A DNA stretch of 64,000 nt from Camelus ferus (taxonomy: Eukaryota), in contig NC_045715.1 in the NCBI RefSeq assembly GCF_009834535.1, positions 20,150,001-20,214,000 of the forward strand. Reading direction: 5' to 3'. The notes beneath the pieces were generated by a model. It was given only the letters and a program-made list of their open reading frames with translations. It was not told where the DNA came from and did no database searches. The translations under genes and the position numbers were made by a program. This document shows positions 20,805 to 32,400 of this stretch, in pieces (position 1 is the stretch's first letter; each line of letters begins with the position of its first letter).

Positions 20805-21929
20805 CGAAAGGAGTTGCCGCCACCCTGTCACTGTTTGGAGACCTGACACTGTTCTTAGTCTGGATTTGCTTTATTCAGTTTTCTGGCAGCATTTAGTACC
20901 CCCTCTCCCCACCAGGACGGGAGGCTGTGACCCACAGTCTCCCGCCTTGGACACTTGGGTTTCTCACTGTCCAAATTCTGCCCTGTGGTCAGGGAGCAGA
21001 GTGCTGATCCCCCTAGAAGTTACTATATCAGCCAACATGTACAGCCCCGTGGGGTGTGAAGAAGGGAAAAGACAAGGTCTGCCTTCATGAGTAGTCTAGC
21101 TAGAGAAGACTTGGAAGATGAGAGGAGTGTATAATGCGATGCGACTAAGGGCCAAATGTGTGGTGCTGTCGGTGTTAAGTGGCCACGCACTCACAGAAGG
21201 AAAGATGATCCAGAACTTGGTTATTTGGTGGGATCGCTTGAGGGTGGACCCTGAAAAATAATGAGGATTTGAATAATGAAGAAGAGGGAGCCATTTTTGG
21301 AACCTAGGGAGAGAACAGATCTAAGCCTTGGAAGGAAGAGAAGACTGGGAGTTGAGAGAGCATGGCTGGTGTGGCTGCTTATTAGAGCAGGGTCGGAGGG
21401 CAGGGTCGGGAAGTCACACCCCAGTGGCAAGTGGTTGATGGTGATATTTGGATAGTGATGGGTGAGGTGGACCAGAAAAACTTGTGGGATGGGCACCCTA
21501 ACTTGTGTTGTGCTGATGAGGTAGTAAATCCTGAATTAGGACACAAGGGAGAGGGATGGAAAGGAGAGGACAAGTGGGAAGGGCCAGGTGTGGGAGCTGG
21601 TGAGAGAATAATCAGATGCTTCCAATTCTAGGGAGATTATGAGGAACCATTCAAGACTTACTGAGTTGGGACATCAAATTTGGAGAAATTATTTTCTGGC
21701 CAAATAACACCAGATGTCGAGTACAAGGTTTATATCGAAAGTGAAGGTTTGGTGTGGAGATAGTTGTAGAGGCACCGTTGGGTATATTAGAAATAAAGGG
21801 ATGCCCCTCTTACAGAATTTGAGGGAAAAAAATCAGGGTCTTGTGCCAAGTAAGAATTAATCTCCATTCCATGAAATAGGTCTGTCATTGAGTAGTGGGA
21901 GCGGGCTTCAAGCCCACTGTTAATGGTGT

Positions 21930-22045
21930 GGCCTCGGACTCAGCCTCTTGGTACCTGTTTCCTCATCTGTAACAGGAAGGTGATAAAAAGTACCTACCTC
22001 ATGGGGTTATTAAGGGATTAGACATGTAATTATTTGTGAAGTGCT
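21930..22045 (+). mobile_element. MIR SINE fragment
   Basis: ctgtttcctcatctgtaa...gtgataa...agtacctacctcatgggg...gtgaagtgctt. Confidence 0.7.
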
Positions 22046-23099
22046 TTTTTTTTTAAACTTTTGTTGCCGTGTGTTTCACGTTACACTTTACACTTGGCAC
22101 TGGAAATTCCCAGTTCACTAGTCTAGATGAGATGATACATAATATATATAGGAATGTTATAAAATGAATACCAGAATTTCACATTTCAAGTTTTTGATCG
22201 CTAGTTTCACTAGATACTTCAGGTGCTCCAAAATAACTTCTCTTCATGTACACAAATTTTATTTCTTCTCTCACTGTGTATAGTTATGCACCGAGATAGG
22301 GGCAAAAGGATGCCGCTTCTCCAAAAAGAGCAGCATGGAAATGGGATGCAAAAGGAAAAAAACAACACATTTACATGGTTATTGAAAAATGGGGTTTCAC
22401 TAACAATTAAATATTTTTATTCATGAACAACCTTTATCATCTATGAATCATGCAGTAATGTCATACATAATGAGCAGCATAGAAATGTTTTTAGAAGTGA
22501 GTGATTCTTGTTCACACCTTCCTAATGAGGAAACAGACTCAGAGACGCTAACCTGGTTGTGGTCTCCCTGCCTGAGGGGGTGTTCCTGGGGCGGTGGCCC
22601 TTGTTTTCTGACTCTAGAGCCCTGGGCATTCTCCCTCCTCTGTAGAAAGTGGGCAAGAAGGATGTTTGAGGGCAGTGGTTCCCAAAGTGCTGGACCTGCA
22701 GCAGCAGCAGCAGCATCGCCTGGAGTTTGTTACAAGAGCAAAGACAGGAACTGAGGGGTGCCTCTGGAGTACACCAAAGGGAGCGGGGTCCTCAGAGAGA
22801 AACGGTGGAGGGAAGGCTCCTCAAAGGAAGTAACAGTGAAAGCCGAGGCGTGGAGGTGGAGAAGGAACCAACTAGATGAGCGGGAAAGAAGAGCCTTGGT
22901 GGAAGGGGCCAGATGTGCAAAGGCTCAGAAGCTGGAAGGAGCTTGACTAGGACAAGGAACATGGCCTGAGCTTAGAGCTTAAGCAGGGGCTGGGACACAT
23001 GGCCGTATAAACCTTGGTAGGGACTTGGGATGCGGTTCTAGGAGCAATAGGAGGCCGTCGGTGTTTACCCAGGAGTGTGAATTGACCTGGTTTTCTTTT

Positions 23100-23360
23100 T
23101 CTTTTTTTTTTTTTTAACATTTTTTTTATTGAGTTATAGTCATTTTACAATGTTGTGTCAAATTCCAGCATAGAGCAGTTTTTCAGTTATACAGGAACAT
23201 ACATACATTCATTGTCACATTTTTTTTCACTGAGCTACCACAAGATCTTGTATATATTTCCCTGTGCTATACAGTATAATCTTGTTTATCTATTCTACAT
23301 ATGCCTGTCAGTATCTACAAATTTTGAACTCCCAGTCTATCCCTTCCCACCCCTCTCCCC
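23100..23360 (-). mobile_element. Young lineage-specific LINE-1 3' end (camelid-type), 5'-truncated
   Basis: Poly(T) then ttaacatttttttattgagttatagtcattttacaatgttgtgtcaaattccag...ttccctgtgctatacagtataatcttgtttatctattctac. Nearly the reverse complement of 50489-50725. Confidence 0.85.
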
Positions 23361-24390
23361 TGACCTGGTTTTCATTTTGGCAAAATTGCTTTGGCTGCTG
23401 CACAAAGAATGGTGGGTATGGGGAGACAGAGGGGATGGCAGGAGAGAAGTTAGATACTCCCTCGGGAAAGAGGAGATACCCTCCTGCCTCTAAGAAAGGA
23501 AGAGATAATGTAGACTCCGCTCTTTTCAGGTAAAGAGAAGGGGAAATTGTGCTCACATTGGATGGGGTTCATTTTCTCACATTGGATGGGGGAGGTTTGG
23601 TGCCAGAGAATCAAGAAGAGTTAGAAGTTTGCCAAGCACCAGTGAGTATATTGAGTCAGTGCTAATAATTTGTAGTGGGCCAAGATGGTAGGATTTCGTG
23701 ATTTTTTAGTGTTTGTTAGGTTACTGTCTGGGAGCAGAAGTGGGAGAAATAGAATAGTGATGATTCAGAACTGGAGATGGAACTGGTGAGCTTAGGGAGG
23801 GGTTGACAGAATGTTGAGAGTTGGAAGGGTGTTTGGGGAGCAGGGAGTGGAAATTGGATAAGAAAGGAAGAACAGACCAGCTGAAATGGAGGTTCCTGCA
23901 GGGTTTGGTGAAGAAACAGAATGGGTTAATGGTTTGGTGAAATGGATGAGATGCTCAACCTCTCTCTCCCTGCCAAAAAGAAAATAAAAAATCATAAGTA
24001 ACAGTAACTTTGGATTTTCATAGAGAATTTGAAAGAAAAATGGCTGAACATGTGTTAAGGCAGAAAAAAAGTAAGCTCTCTCGACAGGTTCTTGTGGCCT
24101 GTTGTAGGAGATGGAGAGATGGTGAGAAGCAGGCCATGGATGGAACCAGAAGGAAAGAAACGCAAGTTTAAGAATTTTTCATTTTTTCCTAATAGAGCCG
24201 GGTACTTCATTGATACTTCACTTCTTACCTTGGCCCTTAGATTATGTCCTCTTCTTGGGTTCTCTTCGAGTGCAAAGAGCAGAGTAGGCTAAGTGACTGA
24301 ACACCCTCTTTTCTGAGAAGAGGCAAAGTTGGAGGATCAAATTGGCCCGGACGATTTTACTTGTTGGGGGACCTGTGAAATTTAGAAAGT

Positions 24391-24409
24391 TGCTGCCCTC
24401 TTGTGGCCA
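24391..24409 (-). promoter_or_regulatory. Candidate CTCF binding site between the convergent ABCF1 and PPP1R10 3' ends
   Basis: Minus strand TGGCCACAAGAGGGCAGCA closely matches the CTCF core consensus CCASYAGRKGGCRS. Confidence 0.65.
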
Positions 24410-24439
24410 ATCCTGGAAACAGCCAAGAAACGCGTTCTA

Positions 24440-24590
24440 GAGCGGTGTTTCCCAGATCAGCAACACCTGGGAACCTGATAGAACTGCAAAATCTCAGAAT
24501 TCATCCCAGGCCTACTGAATCAGGAATTTTGCTGAATCCCACCCCCAGCCTGCCCTTTAACAAACCCTTCAGATGATTCTGATGAACGCT
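24440..24590. mobile_element. MER5A-like hAT DNA-transposon remnant
   Basis: gcggtgtttccca...agcaacacctgggaac...gcaaaatctcag...ccaggcctactgaatcag...tttaacaaaccct...gatgattctgatg. Confidence 0.7.
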
Positions 24591-26414
24591 ATTCTCAGCC
24601 CCCGCCCCAACATCCCCATTTTCCCTTTCCCTCCAAAATGTAATTTCCAATTACAAGAATAGCAGAACTTCCTATCTGTTCATCCTCTCCAACCATGTTC
24701 TGGCCTCCAAAACCTGTCTTCCCCAGGAAACCTCCTCATCAATAAGCTCTCAGTACCTGTCCTTAAGATCTAAAAATCGTCTTGAGCCTCCATCTCCTAG
24801 CAGCAGGCCCATCGCTCTACTCTGCAGAGCTGCTTTTTTAGGGAAGAGCAGTCTACACTCTCCCTTTTCTTGTTTCTCCACTGGAGCTGCTTTTAAAAGG
24901 AACCACCTTTTTTTCCTTCCTTCCTTCCTTGCTTCCCTCCCTCCCCAGAAACTGCTCTTGGGTTTCTCCTTCACCCACTCCCTGTGCTCCTCCCTTCTAC
25001 CCACCCTCACTTAAATTCCTCCCCTAAGCTGCTCTGCAAGGCCAGTAGGGTCGGCTAGAATGGATGTGCCTGCACCTCCAGCAAACTCTGAGCTCTGCAA
25101 CCCCCAACATCCCACCACCCGGGATCCACCCAGCACCCTATGGTATCTTATGTTGGAGTACTCCTCTGGTATTCCACTTCATACCAGCAAAGGATTGGAA
25201 ACCACATTCCTAAAGGTTTGTATTAATGGACCTTCAAAGACAGCTGATAATGGCTGGATTTTTAACAAAAAACCCAANNNNNNNNNNNNNNNNNNNNNNN
25301 NNNNNNNNNNNNNNNNNNNNNNNNNNNNNNNNNNNNNNNNNNNNNNNNNNNNNNNNNNNNNNNNNNNNNNNNNNNNNNNNNNNNNNNNNNNNNNNNNNNN
25401 NNNNNNNNNNNNNNNNNNNNNNNNNNNNNNNNNNNNNNNNNNNNNNNNNNNNNNNNNNNNGAAGGAGAGGGCTGGGAGAGGGAAAGTCATTTTAGCGAAT
25501 CCCCGGGGGTGATTCAGAGGTGGCTGATAGGGCGAGGGAGCTGGAGGCCTCACACTGATGGGTTCCAGGTGGGGGCCAGGAGCACACTAGCTCCCGGAGG
25601 CAGTGCATGTAGTGTGACTGTCAGGCCCAGCGTGCCGGGCTTCAGTTGATGAAAAGCTGGTCTCACTGAAGTGTTTTACAAAGTTTCCATAATGAGCTGT
25701 AGGCTAGGGTGGATGACCACCAATGGCCTCACCTACGCCTGATAAAACTTCCACTGGATGAGGCGTGAATTTGCCGTCATTGAACCTAGCAGACCCACGA
25801 CAGGTGTTCACAGATTGCAGTCTGTCTTGAGGAAAAATTCAGAATGTAAAGCCTGTGTCAGGGAGGAGTGGGGATGATGTGTGTTCCAGAACTCAAATCC
25901 AGCCTGATTGAGCCCTCTCAGTGCAGTGGGATATCCAATACCCCGTGTACCATCTCCCCACCCCATGAGGAATAATGAACTTGGCTGGGGTGATTTCATA
26001 AGTGCAGCTGATGCCGTGTTGGAGTTCTCTGTGCACGTGGAGGACCCACACTAGTAGAGCAGAGGTGTTCTCCCCGATAACCAGCTTTAGGTTCTCAGGC
26101 ACGAAGGGGAAGACTGGAAAGGGGCTTGGGATACAGGGCAAATCTCCTCAAAAAGTGAAGCCAACTGGGTCTCCTCTTCAGCAGTCCAGGGTACAGGATG
26201 TGTCCAGTCTCTCCTCCCCAGACTGGAGGAGAGTATGTACAGCGATGCGCACCAGTGATCAGAAAACCCCCAGGAACCCAGGCAGGTGGGCACTGAGGGG
26301 GCCGGCTCCTCCACAGCTGGGGAAAGGGGGAAATGGGCCTCACAGAAGCCATAAAAGGGTGGAAGGAGCAAGGCTGCAGTCCACAGGGGGTGTGGGTGGG
26401 CGGGTGGGCAGTCC

Positions 26415-29400
26415 CTAGGGCAGGGGGGGCCCATTGACACCAGGGTGGTAGAAGGCACAGTTGTTCTCATAGCGGCAGTTGCCTTTCATCATGAAATGTC
26501 GACAAACGGGTCGGTTTGACATGTCTGTGGGAACAAGGGTGGAATAGTTAAGATAGGAAAGGGCTAAGAGGTCAATGTCACCCTCACCCCACCAGTCCAA
26601 GGCATCTTGAGAGACCTAGCCTTGGGGACTTGAGGGGAGGGCAAAAGGAAGGAACTGCCATGCATGGTGGGAACTGGACCAAGGTGACCTTATGTTCTGC
26701 CTGGCACACCCAGGGTAGTGATGCTCCCCAGAAGCTTCTGTGGGACACCAAAAGCAGTATGGGGGACAGGGAGCATACTCACCTCCTCCGTGGCTGTGGC
26801 CTCCATCATGCCCTCGGTGGCCCCCTCCTCCATGGCCAGGGCCATCATGGCCACGGTGCTCATGAGGGGGTGGCCCTCGGTGGTCGTGGCCTCGGTGACC
26901 AGGGACATCGTGAGGCCGATGGCCATGGGGCCCTCCGTGTCCAGGGCCTTCATGGGGCCGATGTCCACCGCTTCCACCCATGCCACCGCCAGGGCCTTCG
27001 TGGGGGCGATGGCCACTGCCACCGCCCATACTACCACCAGGGCCTTCATGGGGGCGATGCCCACCGCCCATGCCACTGCCAGGGCCCTCATGGGGACGAT
27101 GTCCGCTGCCACTGTTCATGCCCCCACCAGGGCCTTCATGGGGACGATGCCCTCCGCCTCCAACCATGCCTCCACCAGGGCCCCCTCGTCCATTTGGAGG
27201 TCCTCCTCCAGAGCGACCTCCTCTGGCCCCTCGGAATGGAGGAGGGGGAGGAGGAGGTTCATTTCCTCCTCGGCCACCACGGCCTCTATGGTATGGTCCA
27301 GGACCAGGTCCTGGACCTCCCCGCATTGGGCCACCCCGCATGGGGTCACCTGGGCCATCCCAGAAGGGATCACCCCCCCGGGGAGGGGGTGGGGGACCCA
27401 GGAGACGTGGACCCACTGGGCCACCAGGGCCCCCAGGGCCTCCGTGGGGACCTATTGGGGAAAAAAAGGGAGAGAGTATCAGCCTCCTGTTGCAGCTGGG
27501 GACTGCCACCTCCCACCCTAAGCCATCTCCCAGCTTTTGGTCGATCCTGTACTATTTATTACCAGGTCGAAATTAAGCAGATAAGCCCATTGCAACCTCT
27601 CAGTCACCACCTACCTGGCATAGGTCCCCCGGGTCCAGGGGGGAAGTGCTGCATGCCTTTGGGGCCCCCCGGGCCTCCTGGTGGGAAACCATTGGCTATC
27701 GGACCAGGGCCTAAGAGTCCATGTGGCACTGTTAACAAAAAAAGGAATGAAGTGGTCAGCAAGAGGATTCGAGAAGGGCAGCATGATGTCTCCCTGCTCA
27801 GGTGTGCCCAGTGGACCCCCTCAGACCAACCTGGCAAAGCTGGGCTCTCTGTCCATCTTCCCCTCCCACGGCTTGCCGCCTAGCGCCAATACCCCTGCTT
27901 CCCCCAATTCCACCGCAGGCTTCCTCTCCCAGGCCCCGGGGCTGGCCCTGGTGATTACCCAGCATCTGCTTGATCTTGTCTGAGTAGTCTGGCTGCTTCA
28001 GCAGTTCCTCTGAGGGATGACTGTTAGGGCTACCCTGTAAGGCAAGGTCATTAGGGAGTAAGGTAAACAGAGAACAAGGGTAATAACTAGCAGAGAACGG
28101 GGAGCCCAAAGAGGAAGAAGTGGGAAGGAGAGGAGGATGGAGGTGAAAAGAAATGAGATGGCGGAAAAGAGGAAGGTGGCTGGTACCATGATGGAGGTGA
28201 GGATCTCCTGGACGTTGATGCCTCCTCCTCCAGGACCCTGGGGACTCTTCCCGGCACCCATGCTTCCCATAAGATTGGCCAGAACAGGAGGCAACTTGGA
28301 ACCACCTGCCCCATCAGGTGAGCCACCAGCACCCCCAGGCTCCAGGGTCTCAACATAAGGGGTCTCATCCATGGAACACTCCTGAAAGAACAGGAGAATA
28401 ATCAGGACCAACTGAAAGAATAAAGAGAGTCTCACATCAGAGGCATTAAAATCACCATGTAGTGCTCACTCACCTCATCCAGAGGGATGAGTTTTGGGGG
28501 GACAGGCTCGTAGGGCTCAGGATCAGGCTCATGAGGACTGTTAGGAGAGCCGCAGGCAACAGAAAAAAGAATGACAGGTGATTTATTCAAGCCCTCGACT
28601 TACATCCTAATCTCCCCCACTTCCTAATTACTCCAGGGCACGTTCCCCTCACGGGCTCAATGCCCCTGGGAGTGAACCCCATTTTTGCTTACCTTTCCTT
28701 GTTCAGGAAGAGCTCCTGAAGGATCCCCTTCTCCCGCTCAGCCTGGATGTACCGCTCCTGGCTGTTGCTTCCAGGGGTGACGAGCGGCGAGGGCAGAACC
28801 AGGGGCCGGGGGCACACCCAGGGCACCTTCTCCTCCATGTTGTCGTGGCTTAGACGCCGGGCCGTCTCAAACGCATGCCGGTCTGACAGTATCTCTCGCT
28901 TAGCCGCCTCCCCGAAGTCCTTGATCTTGTTCACATTCACTGGGCAAGGAGAGAAAAGGCAAGAGGGAAAGTAAGACCACCCACGCCCCTTTCAACTCTC
29001 CATACCCCACCTATTACACAAGAAACTCAAACTCTAACCTCGCTCAGTTTCGTCCAGTTCAAAATAGAAATACTCTCTCAGTCTGCCCTCCTCAGGCCAC
29101 GTCACAGTTTTCCTCTTTCTGCCTTTCCGGGTCAGCTGGCTGGGATCTCCGGGACTCTCCACTGGCTTTGCATCCAGAGGTCCCGGCTCCAAAGCGGCTG
29201 TGAGCAAGAGAGGTTTCAGCCCAGATTCTTCCTTTCAGAAAACCCCCAAACCTAAACCAGTTTCTAAGCTCACCCGTATCCATGAGCTCTGGGACCTCAA
29301 CAGGGGGGACCGGGGTCCCTGGACGTTCTGTGTCCATAGCCTCACAAGGAGGCGCTGGCTCTGGGGAAGAAGGTTTGGCTGTGCTGGGTTCTGTGCTCGT

Positions 29401-32400
29401 TTTCCCTTCAAATGGGCTCGGCTATCATGAAAGAAAAAGAAGCTAATGAGCAGACAGGAAAGCCAGGCTCGAGGCAAGGCAACCAGTCCAGGGTCGCAGG
29501 CAGGCTCCGCCAACAGTTCCCACAAAGACTCTGTCGCTAACTAGGCTCCGCCGCCACCCATCTACATCTGAGACACAACTCCCGTCCCCGCCAAGTGCTC
29601 CCGGCGGCTGGGCCCCTCCTTCATCTGTACCTTTCCTACCTGGTCACTGGCACCTGCCCCCCAGCACCCATACCTTGGCAGCCGTGGGTGACAGCACCTT
29701 CTTCTTCTTCTTAATTTTGATGCCTGGAACAGGGGCTGAATTGAGCGCATCCAGAAAGCCCAGGCCCTCCATGGCTACAAAAGGGAAAAGCATAAAGTGA
29801 AATCATCAGACCTCCTCCCTCATCCTATTCCTCTAGACAAAGCCTGGGCAGAAAATGGGCTAGCAGAGACCCTGCTTCGACTCTGGGCACAGTAAGCTCA
29901 GGGGACCAGGAAGCATGTGTGGGAGGATTCACACAAGCTATTCTAGTCATTACTCGAGCTCTCTTTTAAAGGCAGGCAAGCCATGGCTTTGGATGTGAAT
30001 TGGAGCTTCAGGTCACTGACAAAGCCAGCCCCCCTGAACACGGCAGCTGAGCCTGCCAGCTGGGAGTGCCCCAGCCGGTCACCAGAGAGCAGACCTCCCT
30101 ACTTCATCTCTAAAGTTACTCCTAGTAATCCTATGGACTCACTATGAAGGGAGGTCCGGAGGTGCAAATACTGAAGGACACCAAAAAAAATCACATGAAA
30201 ATGGGGGAGAACATTTCATTCCCATGAAAAGAGTCTGCTCCCCCTACTGGAGACTCACGTTGTGGTGGGATGATTTTCACTTTAATCTCTTTGGTGGCAT
30301 TGGGTGTCGTGTTGAGTGGCTTGTATTTCTTCTCTGCAGGGGGGGCAGCATCTCCTGGGGTGGCGGCGGAACTATAGGACAGGGAACTGTCAGCATCTGA
30401 CTCGCCCCCCTCCCCTCACGTCCGCAGACGTGGCCCCCTCAGAAGCCCAGAATGGCGACCATACCTCTGACGCTTGAGGGGGATGGGCTTGAGGTTGTAT
30501 TTGTCAGAAACCACCACCGCACTGGCGTTCTTCTTCACGGGCACCAGCGACGGGGTCTCCAGCTCCAGGCCTGGGAGAAAGACATGGTGTTGGGGCCGGA
30601 CTCACTCTGCACTCTTTGGACTTTTCCTCCCGTGATCTTCATCTAGCCTTACAAACCTCGACGCTTCACCCACTAGTCTTCCCTCTTCTCCAGATTTACG
30701 GTACCAGTAAGTCCAACTATTCCACCCCAAGGCCCGGGCGAGCACCGACCCACAGACCCTCGGCGGCCAGACGCAGCCTTACCGGTGGAACGGAACTTGG
30801 CGTGACTGGGCGCCGTGGTTCGGAGAGACTTGGGCTTCTCTCGCTTCTTCTCCGGGGCCTCCTCAGCCCGGGTCTCAGCCTTCACCTCAGTCAGCGGTCG
30901 CTCAGGAGGGGTCGTTCGATTCTTCCCCTCTTCTTTCCGTTTCTTCTTATCTTTCTCTGTTGTAGAGAAACAGAGCAGAAAAGGATTTTATTTAGATAAA
31001 GAGAAAGACTGTCAGAGGCAAAGCAGGCTGGAGGCATGCAAGGCCACATCCCAGTGGGGAAGAAAGAAACAGGAGGGCTAAAGGACCAAGTTGCTTACCT
31101 GCAGGCTGGGTGCTACTCTGGGAGCGGATGACAGCCATCCAGTCGCTGACAAGGACTGAGGCCAATTTCCGGAGCTCTGTAGGTGAGAAAAAGGGGAAAG
31201 GCCTAAATAATTTAAGATATTATTCTTCCAGTCATCAAAAATAGACATGTTGGAAAATACACTGTGAAAATCTGTGTAATGGAAAAAGGAACCCAGACTT
31301 TTAAGAACATGAGATAAGCTCAAAGTCCAAACTCTTAAAAATAAAACACTGAATCAGAGAACTGTCCTCTACTCAGACAACTTTCAACCCTGATGCCATC
31401 ACAACACTAGGGGGGCAAAAAGAACAAACATTTATTGAAGTATGTTGTAAAAACTACATTAGCTACTTTACATATCTCTCGTGTAATTCTTACTACAAGC
31501 TGAAGATATTTAATCTCCCTTTACAGACACAGAAACATGGAGATTAGAGTCACAAAACTAGAAGGCGGCAGAATGAACCTAGTGCCTACACCCTTCCCCT
31601 AACTGCTTACTGAAAGAATAGAAACTAAAATCAGAGAAAGGCAGACGGGGTTCAAGCATCTGAAGGACTACTAGATTTAAAAAGAAACTCTATTATTCTA
31701 TGTCGTCCTAAAGACAAACTTGACGCAAAATTTCAAAGAGACAGATTTAGATCCTCTTTAAAAAAGATTTTTCCAGGTTATAAGGTTATAGGTTATCCTA
31801 CAAATTATTATTAAAGATGCTCTGAGGTGTCACAAAAATAGTGAAGTGCTTCATTATATAAAAGGACCTAAAAGCTGAGAAGTAATACAACTAAAAGAAT
31901 GGGAAGCTAGGGTATGTTCTTCACTTAACGAGTACTGTGAGTTACAGCAAAATCGGGATCCTTTATTTTGGAAAATATTCCCAGTGTTTTCTCCTCCAGC
32001 TAAAGGAACTGCAGATAGGCTTGCCCAGGCCTGGATGCTCCCTCCACACCAAACGGCCAAAGCTTCGTTCCGAAGGGACCCCGCACCCCACTCCCTACTG
32101 ACAGAGAGCAAGCCTGTATTCTGACTAGGGGTTCAGCTCAGCTACAGTAATGCTCACTTGTGGGAAACTAGTGTCTTGTGCTCCTGGTTTATGCCTTGGG
32201 TATAAAATCTTTGGGTTAATTCTTGGGTATAAACCCTTTCCTTCTCTAAAGAAAAGCCTGTGACTTCCTGGAGCCAGACTTTGTCTTCAAGCCAGAACTG
32301 TATAGCCCTTGCCAGCAGCTCCAAAACTCTGTCTTAGAAAAGAAAAGAATCTGTTGCTATCGAAGCTACAACGTCCTTCAGGGGTCAGGGTTCTGCCCAC

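Noticed and set aside
26630-27883. Long overlapping + strand ORFs (417, 267 and 198 aa) antisense to PPP1R10
   Set aside because: They are a by-product of the GC-rich Gly/Pro/His repeat, which is poor in stop codons in several frames. The longest starts at TTG, and there is no promoter, splice or homology support.
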